This document shows, piece by piece, positions 24,967-37,500 of a DNA stretch of 64,000 bases (positions are counted from its first letter, which is position 1; the number at the start of each line of letters is the position of its first letter). A program made the position numbers and the translations under genes. Under the pieces are notes generated by a model. That model was not told the DNA's origin, did no database searches, and was given only the letters and a program-made list of their open reading frames with translations. The DNA is taken from NCBI GenBank assembly GCA_046563655.1, contig CM102288.1, positions 5,084,001 through 5,148,000 on the forward strand. The letters run 5' to 3'. Source of the DNA: Yuukianura sp. NJ FZ-2021 (Eukaryota).

Positions 24967-26653
24967 ATGATGGGCAAGAAGTCTCTGGCGGTGTTCGGAT
25001 TGATGCTAAGAGTGACCAGCTTCATGCGACTAAACACCTTCAAGGTTACCAAGAATGGCGACATGAGCTTGGTCATCACTGCCTCGTCGCCCGCAACATC
25101 ATTTTTTGGTTTTCTGTGCAGTCGCCGAGCGGGGTTCAAGACCATGATGGTCCTGGTATTCATCAACTTTGGATTCGGCGCAGTTAGAATCCTCCAATCA
25201 CTGCTGTTCTTGGACTCCTCCTTCCAAGATCTCATGTTTCAACTGTTCATCCTCAGCGTTGCATTCTTGTCATGTGTTGTCAACGCAGCCATGGTCCAAA
25301 GCATGGACGACTTAGCATGGATCATCTCAGCAGCAGTCAACTACGACCAATACCTCACAAGTAAGCGTAAGCAGAAAAAATAATGTAATGTCGTTACATA
25401 TAAGTTCACTAACACAAAATCCATCATACATCAAGGTTTTTCCACAACCAAATTGTAAATCCCACAATAGGTTGTCCCATGACTAAGGGTTTAGAGAAAT
25501 GTTAATGGAAAATTTTTGACAAAATTGAAAAAACATGAGGTTTTCCCCAAGCTGTTAAAAGAATGTAACAAATGAAGAAACCTAGCACTAGCATTAGCGT
25601 TTAGCATAAGCTGTAGTTACATGAAGACGAAACACATAACTTGCTGTTGCATAAAAGCTTATAAAATTTAGAGTATTTTCGGCTTTTTTTAGTTTTTAAT
25701 TGGGGTAATTTTTTTTTTCAAATTCAAGAAAAGTACCAGATTCGACCGGTACGTGACCGAGCTCTGCCCTACATTTTGTTTTTTACTGCTTGTGCTGTTT
25801 CGGAGATACCGGCAGTTACGATCTTGTACATGCTGAATACGGAACAACCCGTGTACTTCGGTTCTCTACGACAATACATTCCAAAGAACTTGGTGTTCAT
25901 ACATGTTGTGGCGTATGTGCTGTTCCTGGGCTACGAATTCCTCATGATCTCCATCACCGTCTTCAGTTGTCTTCTTCTCTGCTTCATCTTCATCCTCATT
26001 CTACAGTCCGGTCGGTTCTGGCTTGAGGAAATTTGGTAAGCAGCACTACAGCTGACGATGAATTTGATGTTGAACTTAAATAAAATTCAAAATTTTGTAG
26101 CCCGCCAAGATTTAAACTGGAATTGACCAAAGGCACAGGCTTCACGTTCCAATCCAACTCAACAACTCACCCTGACCTGCGCTCTTTTGCCAACGTCGTC
26201 AATGTTTTCCGTTCTTGGCAGTTCATCATGAATTCCGTCGACGTGATTGGTCGAATTGGAATTACTGGACAGCACATAGCATGTCCCGCTCTGCTCATCA
26301 TATGTGCTTTCTCCACCATCCAGTTCTTTGGATTCCACAACTTCCGCACAATCGCAAGTGCCATTTCGTATCTCATTTTCCCCTGCGCAGTGGCCATCTT
26401 CTTCACATGGATCTTCCTCATCCAGCCACAAATGTCTGACATTTGCATTGCGTCGGAGGAGGTACGCTACAAATGGCGCCAAGTGTTGCAGCGGGACGCG
26501 CCTGAGGAGCGGAAGAGGAAAAACAAATTTCTTCGCTCTTTCATGAACATCCGCGTAGAAGTTGGTGATTTTTTTCATTACAAAGTGACGACGATGCCCC
26601 AGGTCATGGACGAGTGTGTTGACAACACCATCAACCTACTTATGGCATCATAA
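24967..26653 (+). CDS. Divergent multi-pass membrane protein, GR/OR-superfamily-like chemoreceptor (3 exons)
   Basis: Exons ~24967-25361, ~25728-26035, 26101-26653 give many hydrophobic helices. C-terminus KFLRSFMNIRVEVGDFFHYKVTTMPQVMDECVDNTINLL resembles the GR/OR last-loop/TM7 layout but lacks TYxxxxxQF. Confidence 0.65.
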
Positions 26654-27488
26654 GTCAGTTAAACTAACGTTAGGTTAACCATTGCTAACCTAAATCAACA
26701 TCTTCTGTCGCTTGAAGGCTTTGAAACTCCGCAGGAAGAAGCACGTGATCCAGATACTGAGTGTGTTGTTATGGCTGGGGTTTTTGTGTGTTGGCCTCCG
26801 TTCTACGTTATGAATACTTTGGTATTTGAACTATTAAATAAAACCGTCAGAAAAGAAAAATTAGGAAGTTCATTTTTCGATTCCTCTTCGAAAACCTCTC
26901 GATTTTTAAAAAAAATCTACGTTTGTATTGCATTGCATGGAATAAATAAATAACTTCTTACTCCAGTACGCCACATGGGATTAAAAAAAATTAAAAGACG
27001 ATTTACACAAGCATCTCTAAAAAAGTTTGTTCAACATGCGATGACAACTACATTTACTAATCAGATATATGTCAGAAATTTTTTCTCAAAATGGGTAAAT
27101 TATTTAAAATATTTTATTTGTATCACTTTGATTGTTTGTATAAGAATTTTTTGTGATTTACCACTTTTTTTGTTAATCATACCGTATACCGCATTTACTA
27201 TTAAATTCTCGAATCCAGAACACTCACCGGCGAATCCTGTTTTTCACTCTGCGACGGTGCAGATTCTTCGTCAATCCGAGACTGTGCAGATTCTTCATCG
27301 GACTGCGTGTAATTTTCAATTGAGCTGTAGATATCGTATTCGTCCTGTTCGGAGAGCATTCTGTCTTTCGATTTTGTGCTGTTCCTGGGTTTGCAGTAGT
27401 AGCGTCTCCAAATGACGTCGTTGCAGTACCCAGCAGTCAAGTTTAGCTTCCAGTGACTCCGCTTTTCTAATAAAAACTCAAAGTCATA

Positions 27489-27691
27489 CCGTATTTCCAC
27501 GCAATTATTACAGAACAAAAATTTCCTTTGGATTTTAAAAATTATATTCAACGACGGATAAGGGGACCGACCATATGCCAGGAAATACATACTTTTACAG
27601 AAACTGTATTAAGATTGTATCAGTTTTTACCACCTCTTTAACTTTGTACGACTGTACTGTATCCCAGGGTACCATATGCGAGGAAATACGG
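27489..27691. mobile_element. TA-flanked MITE (pogo/Tc1-type CCGTA termini)
   Basis: TA|CCGTATTTCCACGCA ... TGCGAGGAAATACGG|TA. Confidence 0.65.
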
Positions 27692-28623
27692 TATTCACTA
27701 AAAAACTATTTCAAAATGTTAACACTTATTAGTTTTTACCCATGCACTGTCGGTACTTTTTCTGACAGACATTTCCTCTTGTAAAACCTAGGTTTAAAAA
27801 AATTACATAGCTGTGAACTTTTTTAAACTGAATATTGAATACTGTAAATTTCAGTTTTACTGAAAACGAGGTAGATGCTGAAGATACAGTAGAAAATCAA
27901 GACGGAAATCCAACACTCACATCGTCTCATCTCCAACCTCGTAATAAATATTTTGAAAACTGTTTCTGGCCTAACCGTAACCAAATATTTGTTATACCTC
28001 AAAATTTTTGAAATTTTGAAAAACACGTTGAAGTTTGGTAGGAATTTGGAAAATATTGTATTGCAATGCATATTTCCATTGTTCCAATACGGAGACCTTG
28101 AAATGCCTATAAACCAAATTAATTTATCAAGTTTACAGAATCGTTAATGGAAGTCTAAATCTAAGTCCTGAAAAACTGGAAATTTTTCTCTCAGTGTTTT
28201 GCAAGTTGAAGCAACAAACCGTTGTGACTTACAATGTCGTCCTATATACATATTCAACAAATCAACAAGGTCGACAATTTTCCGTTACTAAGATGTCAGC
28301 GCTTCAAACAATGGAAAAAACCTTGATTTCGGTTTTTTCTGTAAGAAGATGACGAAAATTTTATTGCGTTCAAAGGAAGAAGAGGAATTATTCCGCTAGT
28401 ACCACGGCCGTATATTTGAACAAGTCGACTAAGTTTCAATTGTTTATTGATTAACGCCTTCCCGACAATTTCAAACACGATGAATTTAGCCTTGTGTAAT
28501 TTCGCTTTCATTGTGCTATTGTTTGAACAGCTTTACGAACGCACTTGAATATGCAATTCAGCATCAGTCTTATTTATTTCTTTGAAAGGGAGGACTTACA
28601 GCTTGGAACGAACCGATTGAACA

Positions 28624-29089
28624 ATGAAGTTTGCAATTACGCTAGGTCTGCTATGCGTCGTATTGCCACGGAGTGACGGAATGAGGGAGTGTATGAAAAT
28701 CAAGAAAGTGGCTCCTTTCGCAGAAGAGTTTGTAAGAATCATTTTCTTCTCCTTTCCCAATTATAAATCTTCAGTATACTCTAAAGTTTTAAAAGAAAAT
28801 ATACAAAATTTTGAATTTCTAATATTTTTTGTAGATTCGAAACGGGAAATTTCACTTTGCATTTCACTCTGACTGCACCAACTGTGAGGCTGGGGATGAA
28901 AAATGGAAGCCATTTCAAGGTCGAACGGTTCCAAAGACGGTGTGCTACAAGCTAGGTGGTGACATGATGGGGAAGCCATTTTATGCTGACTTTGAATGTA
29001 CTTACTCCACGAGTGGTCAAGGAGGCTGTGTACTCCTTCCAGGAAAATCAGACAACAGACCATGTAAGGAATTGATATTTCTCACTCTA

Positions 29090-29125
<36 letters not shown>

Positions 29126-29658
29126 CTGTAATTGCTATAAGATGTTATTACATAATAATAACATAACAATATCATTTATCCAGCGTCAAAAGTCTACGTG
29201 CAACTACTAAGTGTGCACCATGCACAAAATTGAACGTGGCAAATATCGCTTGTTTAAAATCGAAACTTCAAAAATGTCTTGCAAATGCAAATTTGAACCT
29301 GCCATGCGGTGTTGACTAAATACGCATTTAAGGCGGAATTTGACACCTCTTGTCAGTCCCAATCGAAAATAGATCTGCGTCGCCAGAATAATAAAACACA
29401 TTGTGCATGGTTGCAGTTGGTGGTGACCTTGTTCTGACGAAGACGGATAACAAGACGTACATAGCTGGAGTCATGTGCGTGTTTGGGTATGACCAATTCT
29501 TCTGGGTTGCATCGACCGAGGACAAGTCCGCTGACACGAAATTTAAGAAGAGGATGTTGAAACACTTTAAAGACTTAGGATTTGAGGTTACAAAGTTGGC
29601 AGACAAAGATGGACCGCTCGTTTTGAAAACCGTGGCATACCATCAAGACAAGTGCTAA
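28624..29658 (+). CDS. Secreted cysteine-containing protein, lipocalin-like
   Basis: Signal peptide; exons 28624-28731, 28835-29063, 29184-29210, 29417-29658 can be joined in frame. VLTKTDNKTYIAGVMC..FFWVAST..helix..LKHFKDLGF resembles lipocalin SCR2/SCR3 and the C-terminal helix. Confidence 0.55.
29089..29124. repeat. (ATT)n microsatellite in intron
   Basis: About 11-12 ATT units; source of the poly-Ile ORF tail. Confidence 0.9.
29211..29416. mobile_element. ~200-bp inverted-repeat element coinciding with a putative intron
   Basis: GTGTGCACCATGCACAA ... TTGTGCATGGTTGCAG: the terminal inverted repeat sits just inside GT/AG ends. Confidence 0.5.
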
Positions 29659-30641
29659 ATTGAACACATCCGGCCTCTCTTCTCATCCGGATCATTGGAT
29701 TTCCGACAGATATAACTTTTAACCGTGTAGTACATTATAGCTTTCAAAAAAAAAAATTAAAAAAACCCAACTTATATTTTTTCAACTTTTTATAAAACTG
29801 ACTCTAAACGTTCAAATTCCTCACTTCTTCTTACTATGTAGTCATGGCCAAATCTACGTTCGAAAACCATGTTCATCTTCTAGCTTTACATAAATTTACA
29901 TACGTTCTTGTCCGTCGTAGTGACAAACAGCATCATGCTTCATCAAATGTTCTAATTTCATTCTATTGGCTAACGATGGCATGAATGGAATTTTGAATTG
30001 CAGCGGGCAAAAACAACTTGAAGATCGAAAAATATCTCAAAGAGTGTTGGCATTTACTAAAATTGTGCTTTAAGTTTAATGCGTTTTCAAAAAGCCTTTG
30101 TCAGTTTCCCATGAAATATTTAACATTTCTATCACGAAATGTTAGCAAATATTGTAAAAGGTTCGCAAAATAAAGTAAGGCTCTGCAAAACAGAACGAAT
30201 AGCATAAGGATCGGTAAACAGTACTTCAATAGAAGGGTATGTCAATTTTGAAATTAATTTTCTTACGAAGTCGAAAAAATTAAATTCCTTTCATGTGGTA
30301 ATTGTTCGTAGTCTAAAACTGTGTCTGGTCAAACATTCAGTTGTTAAAGTGCTCTTGGCAAGAAATTGTAAAAAGCATAAGGAATTAATTCGTTTTTAGA
30401 GTTTAGAGTGCTAAAGGTATAATTTGCAATGCGAAAATCGAGTAAAACCGCTTTGTACCGATAGAACTCAGCCATTTCCAAATTTGCCATATAGACGCCT
30501 TCATCCTCTCATAAATTCCAGATTCTCAGAGTTTTTTAATAATTAGAAATTTGAATTTTTAAGTTTCTTAACAAAACTCACACTACCCATATAATAACAT
30601 TAAATATTCCCGAATTCAAAATTTTAAGTGCTGTTTAAAAG

Positions 30642-32054
30642 ATGGCAAATTCTGAATTTTCAGTTTCCGAAATCTCCCTCATTCGCGCCTTGGCTCGAAT
30701 TGGTAGTTTCATTGGGATATTCCCAATATCTTTGAACAATTCAAAATTTCACTTCCGCTGGAAAACTCCTTCCGGCATTTGTTCAATTTTTCTTTTTCTT
30801 TTTAATACCATTTTAGTTCCATGTATGTTTGTTTTTACTAAAATGTTAAACAACATCTTTGTTGAGGAAAGATCATTTGCCAAAGTATATAGCATGTTTT
30901 ACATCAAAATTGTCCAACTATTTCTTTATCTTAACCTTACCTGTAGCATATTGGTGTACTACACATACTTTTATACCCTCCCACGAATTTTGAAACTGTT
31001 CATGACAATAGCATTTCACGTTCAGAACAGCACATTTCAATGTAGTTACACATGTAAACAAATTGTAAGACTCGTTGCTCCTATTTTACTTTTTCTTGTT
31101 CACTATTCAATTTTGATGTACTACATTGTGCGTAGAATCAGGCTTTTTGAAACTGCTTCTTCAAAACTTGAAGAATATTATTTTCAAATTTTTTCTTACA
31201 TACACTTACTGGGTTTGACTTTACTCGAATTTAGTGAATTTTTCCTTGTTGCTGTTGTAACCTTAATAACATCAATAGTTGAGCGACGCCTATTAACGGT
31301 TGAGCAATCTCTATTTCCTGAAAAAACTAAACGTTTAATTTCAAAATCTTTGGATGACCGAGCATGGAGCGGAAGAAATTTTTTGCCCAATTTTCGTTTT
31401 GATGCCGCTGCAGCTGAAATAATTCGGTTGGCAGATATTTTTGAACAATTTGCTGACGCCGTTCAAATATTTCTTAGTATCCACCTAGGTTTTATGACAG
31501 TCATTGTTCTTATTTGTTCTTTCGAGCTCCTCACTACGTTGACAATAGCATGGCATCTTTTCCCTGTCGTGTATGTCATGGATGTGCTGAATTTTGCAGT
31601 GGTGTTTATGAAAATCGCTTGGATTGCCAATTCTGGAGAACGGGTTTCAACAAGGGTAAACAAAATTAAGCGGATTTCTCCTTTCAATTTTTCAAATTTC
31701 TTGAATAATGATGGATTTCCGGATGACTTAATTTATTTCGTTTTTGAAACGTTGCTGTTGTTTTCCTTTAGAAGAATCTACTTGTACAGAGAATTGCAAC
31801 AATCCCGACGACGCTGGTGTTGGATTCTGAGGGACTGAACTATTTGAACAACCTGGTAGCAAATGTTTCATTTCAATTGACAGCACTTGGATTTTTCAAA
31901 ATTCGGAGATCGTTGCTAACATCTGTAAGCAATTTAGGCAACTCTATAGTGCTAATAGAACTGAACTGAGCTTTGAAATGCCAAAACTTTTTTTTTCTAG
32001 ATTCTGAGTGCTGTTGTAACTTACAACGTCGTTTTATACCAATTTAACACTTAA
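30642..32054 (+). CDS. Gustatory receptor (7TM GR family)
   Basis: Long first exon 30642-31655 plus two short phase-0 3' exons (31772-31924 ..FQLTALGFFKIRRSLLTS; 32001-32054 ILSAVVTYNVVLYQF) carrying the diagnostic TYxxxxxQF motif. Confidence 0.9.
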
Positions 32055-32444
32055 ACAGTGAAAAAGGCAAAATCAACGGCTTGCAGCACACAAAATTGAC
32101 GGCGAAAAACTTAAATTTAATATAAATTAAATTACTGCGTTCCGAAATTACTGGTACTGTGCACGCGATTTAAAAATTTAGGTTTCTTGATGGAATGCAT
32201 GGAATTAGTTTGTAATGTCTGAAGAACTTTATCACATCTACGAACTAAAGTGTCATGTGCGGTGCGTACACTGCGACTGTGAGATGTTGAAGGAATTTAG
32301 CTCACACAGACACAGACGCCCCTCCATAGTTTAACAAGAGTCAGAGGAAAAGTTAATCCCGAACACAGACACTTTCTCACATCACATGTTATGATTTAGG
32401 AAGGATTCAAGAATAGGAACGACTTCACTTGAACTCTTGATTAT

Positions 32445-32641
32445 CAGGGTTGCAAAAAATATTTACTTCCCATGCCTGTAATGTTAACAAAATCAATATT
32501 TTGAGCATTTTTGTTACAAAATATTTATTTATTTCCCCATGCCCGTAATGTTAAGCTAGTAAATATTTCGAGCTTTTTCAGTAAATATTGCATTTATTTA
32601 AATATTTCGCTGGTTTTTAGTAAATATTTTTTGCAACCCTG
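32445..32641. mobile_element. hAT-type MITE (197 bp)
   Basis: TIR CAGGGTTGCAAAAAATATTTACT; perfect 8-bp TSD TTGATTAT; internal direct repeat CCCATGCCYGTAATGTTAA. Confidence 0.9.
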
Positions 32642-32725
32642 TTGATTATCCATTGCTTTTGGACACACACGCAATTAAAACGTATTTAAATCGTTATTTG
32701 TTTGGCGAATTTGGAAACAAACAGC

Positions 32726-34322
32726 ATGGCCGAGGCGGAGGATGCATTGAGTTCAGTGTTGGTCCAAGGGAATTGGAATGCGTTCAGGGAAGCATGCTTC
32801 GAACTCGAAGGCACACCGCAAGACGCTGGAGAAGAATCGACATTTCCGGGTGAACGTCAAGGTCAAAATGAGGCATTACCCTCACTGGCTAGCTTCATTG
32901 GAAACGAACGCTATAAAAACTTGTGTGAACACATTTCTCAGGCTGAAGCTCAGCAGCCGCCCTCGAATAACAAGTTCCGATGTCGTCAACGTCCTTTGAC
33001 AGACGAAAAAGTTGTCTTTCAACAAAACGCTTGGTAAGACGAGTTTTCGGTTTAACAAGGATTCGGTTTAACGGCGTTCGTTGTTTTATTTCAGGGATGA
33101 CGTCGAGTGGGACGAGCAACAGAAGGCAGACGCAGCACTGAAAGTCCAATACAACTCTGCAGTAACTGTCGACGAACAGCAACGAAACACGCTTGAGGTT
33201 GATGCATCTGAGAATTGGAGCAAATTCTACGCCATACACCAAAACAAGTACGTGTCAAAACAAGTTTTCTTTTTAGTATTCTTACATCGCAAAGCGATGT
33301 TATGAATCTACAATCCAAGCGTCGTAATCATACTGAATAATATCTCCTTACTCAGATTCTTTCGGACACGAACATGGTTGTTTTCTGAATTTCCTGATTT
33401 GATTGGCCCTTTCGGAGCAACTGCTGACCCTGAGCATTCCAGATTAGAGAGCGAAAAGAAACGAATTGGCGAGAGTTTCCCTGGAGAGAACTCTGGATTC
33501 CGTGTGCTGGAAGTTGGTTGTGGCAATGGGTCTACCGTGTTGCCGTTTTTGAGCTACAACAATCATCCTGAAACCTACCTTTATTGCTGTGATTTCTCTG
33601 AAGAAGCGGTGCAAATTGTCGCTCGACACCCAGATCTAGACACTAACAGGTAAACTAACAAGGTTAGTTATATTCCAAATGCAATTGTGTTTGATATGAC
33701 ATAACTGACGTTTGTCTAACTTACCTTGAATAGATGTACACCTTTTACTTGGGATATCACGCAAGAAAACCCATCGCTCCCATTCCCACCGGAGTCTCTA
33801 GACATCGTCACAATGATTTTCGTCCTCTCAGCCATCAGTCCGGAAAAGTGAGCGCCTACTAAATACAACTTTAAACTTATCAGGTTACGTCAACCTGAAT
33901 GTATCTTAGCTCTCTGACGTTTTGACATTTTCACTACTTTCAGATTTGACAAAGTGTTACGAAATCTCCACGCCGTTCTCAAGCCCGGGGGACGAATTTT
34001 GTTTCGAGACTACGCACTTCATGACCTGGTTCAGCTGAGGATTAAGCCCGGTCGCTGCATCTCAGAGAATTTCTACTTCAGAGGGGACGGGACGCGTGTG
34101 TATTTCTTCGGTGAAGGTAAGTAGAACGATAAAACAGTAGTGACAGAAATACAAATTGTGAGTTGCCTTTTATTTAATCTAACAGCCGAAGTGGAGGATT
34201 TGTTCCTGCGAAATGGCTACTCCAAATTGGCTCTCTTCACCGACAAACGACTTCAAGTTAATCGGTTAAAACAATTAAAAATGTTCCGAGTATGGGTCCA
34301 AAGTATTCAACGTAAAGTATAA
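32726..34322 (+). CDS. METTL2: tRNA N3-methylcytidine methyltransferase, METTL2-like
   Basis: [96 protein letters not shown]. Confidence 0.9.
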
Positions 34323-34594
34323 TAATAGTTCTAGAGGCTAGGTTTTTAGAAAAAGTTGACAAACAGTTACAGTTCTATGACTCTCTTGACGGTGGGTCAT
34401 ACGCCGTGATTTTATACATGAGTAAGGCCATCGATGACCTCTTGACATTATATGAAATGTTAACATTTTTAATTAAATAATAGTAATATTATTAATAATT
34501 TTTGCAACAGTTAACGCCCTTTGCGGTCATTATCTGTCAAGTGTTTCAGTCCCGTTTCCCTAACCGGTTGCTTAAAATAGGGAAGGCGGCCGAA

Positions 34595-37500
34595 CTACGA
34601 GGAACTGGAGGCATTCATGCCGGAGAATAGCGTTTGCGGAAATCCCGGATTGTTTCCTGCAACAAGATCATTAACATAAATACTTTAGAAAATAAGAATA
34701 ATATATTACAATAATACATAATTTATGTAAATAAGTACCAGTTGGGGTTGAAGGGGCTGACTGAACATTGGAATTGGAAGTGTTGCCTCCATGCGAGGAA
34801 GTTGAGGCAGCCGCTGCCGCAGCAGCAGCGTTTTGTCTCGCGTGTCTTGGCACCGGTGGCTGAAGGTATTCATTTTTAGCTAATAATAGTACGTCAAACC
34901 TGTCTTCCTTTCTATAGGCTAAGCACTGGCGTATTAGTTGCTGAAAACAGAATCAATCGCTTTCATAAGCCACAATATTCAATTTAACCTGTACTTGAAC
35001 AGTTAACTTACTTTGGCTTCTTGGGAGACGGTGGGCTTGTTGGGGAATTGAACATCAGTGGCCTTGAGGATTGTGTTCTCCTCCAGTATTGTTGCTTGTG
35101 ATTGGTTGTGTCCAAATGGCTACAAAGTACAAAATCCAAATTAATTGAATGAATTATTAGACGTTAATTATGGAGCTGAGCAAAACGAATCAGCCCCGTC
35201 TTGAAATCGCACCACCACTGATCATCTGGGCGCAAAGGAATCATCATAAAAGTTTAAACTTTAAGATTTACACGAACAAGTATCAATTTGCTACCTTCTT
35301 TCCGTAGAGACACTGGTAAAAGATGACGCCCACACTCCAGACGTCCACTTTGGATGAAATTTTGGGCGGAGTTTTTCCAACAACAAAGCACTCGGGTGGC
35401 AAGTACCAGTAGGTTCCAGCACCTTGTGATGTGAGGTCCATCCCATGCTCTGGACTATAGTTATCTTCGTCCATCACTTTGCTCAGGCCGAAGTCTGTTA
35501 TCTTGATTTCACCACAGACGTTTCCCTCCGTCAGCAAAATGTTTCCTGTAAGTTACACCGTCAATTAGGGTCTGATGTAATCGAAATACTGCAGAAATTA
35601 TGGATATACCTGGTTTGAGGTCATAGTGGATAATGGGGGGCTTGATTTCGTTTAGATACTTGAGAGCAGACACGACCTGCATCACGATTGACCTTGCCTC
35701 TCTCTCAGGAATGGTTTTGTGCTGCTTGAGGTAAAAGTCCAAGTCATGCCCATCACAGTACTCGAGGACAGTGCAGAACGAGTTGGCATCAATTTCAAAA
35801 ACGTCATAGAGCTTAACTACGCGAGGATGGTCCAGCGACTTGTGGATATTGTATTCCCGTAAGGCATGCCTAGGGAATAATCAATCAATTAACACCATGC
35901 TGGTTAATCATTGAAACTAATTGAATCAGTGACTTACTTGATATAGTTGGCTTTCTTGTCGTCCTTCCAGTCTTTGTTCAGCTGATGCACTTTGCATGCC
36001 ACATAACGCTGTTCCTTTAAGTCAAACGCCTAGAACGACACGGACAAAATTCGGTTAGGTCGAAGAGTTGCTCATTTATGCCATTTCTGAGTCATAATTT
36101 GTGACTTTCATATTTTTAAGTCTCACTTACCTTGTGAACCTCTGAAAACCCGCCCTTGCCCAGCAGCATGAGGAGGAGGTAGCGCTCGTTGAGCACAGTG
36201 TGATTGTTGAACCTTGATTGATCTTCGTTTAAAATTCGTTTGAGCTCACGGATGTGCAGATTTCTCTCCCTCTCCAGTTTTTCCATCTCCAGCTGTAAGT
36301 CTGCATCCTCTTTCTTCAACGCGTTTTGCCGCAACTGCAATGAACAAACAAAACGCTAAACTCAATCAACTCAGACTTAAGTTGTAGAAATGACGATGAA
36401 TACTGGATCAGTCCCGTCTTGAAATGCACCAACACGGTCATGTCTGGGGCAGTTGTATCATCACCTCTGTTGGTTTTGAGTATAAATTAAACAATACTGC
36501 TTGATTACCTTAAATATTTCATCTGATTCGTAGTACTCCTGCCAAGTGAGCTCTCGAACACTTTCAGGTTTCACGAAACCGTCGGAAGTTCCGTTGTGCA
36601 AACTACCACCAGCAGCAGATGCATTCGACGTTCGTTTCCTAGCTGTTCCCTGCCCTTCCGTGGCCGGCGGTCGCCTCTTCCCTAGCAGTTTCCTCTGACG
36701 ATCAATTTCTTCTTTTTCAGTAGAAATCTCCTCTTGCCGCCTACAAATCAAGTTAAAACACATATAAAACTCCACCACCGCCAAGTTAGTTTAACATTTC
36801 TGTTTAGATGAGCTTAGAATAAGTAGTACCTTGTAAGTTCTTGAAAGGCATAACCATCAGTCCAATTCTCCTGGAAAGAAGCACCCACTCTCTGAGTCAC
36901 AAACTGACCCAATTTCAGTCTATTTTGCATGCAACGCTGCCGCGCCTCCTTCTTCTCAATCGTCGACTTTTCTATGAGGAGTTTCTTCACAACCTACACA
37001 ATCGACAAAACATAACAAATTAAATGTTTGGTCGTCATGCATAAAATCCTCGATTTCATTCCAAATTCAAACCAAAAATGGTTTCTTACGTCTATGCATT
37101 TGCTAATTTGAGCTTTCTGCTGCTCCGTGATCCTCTGCTGAGCCGTCAATTGTGTCCTGAGGTCCTCACCGGACCTTGTGAGGTCATCAATGCGGCTTGT
37201 CCTGGCATCGGACTCACAGTTGGCTTGAGCCTCAATAGCCGCAAGTTTGTCTCCAGTCAAGTCAGTCTGCACGGCTTTACTCGTGAGCGTATTTTGGCTC
37301 AAGGTGGAAGGTGGAGGAGGTAGGGGTGCGGGTCCAGCGGAGGAGATTAAGGAACTGGAGTGCGAGGACACTGACGAGGGAGCGATTCTCGGAGGCTGCA
37401 TGAGATTGAGATTCGCATTGTATTCAGTCATGGACGAGGGGAGAAGGTTCGCTGGTCCGGAGCTGCCCACCGCTTGAAGAGGACTAGTGGGGAACTGGAA

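Noticed and set aside
26975..27590. ORFs of 146 and 129 aa with a short DEESA repeat
   Set aside because: They overlap MITE and AT-rich sequence with no coherent gene structure; possibly a decayed TE fragment.
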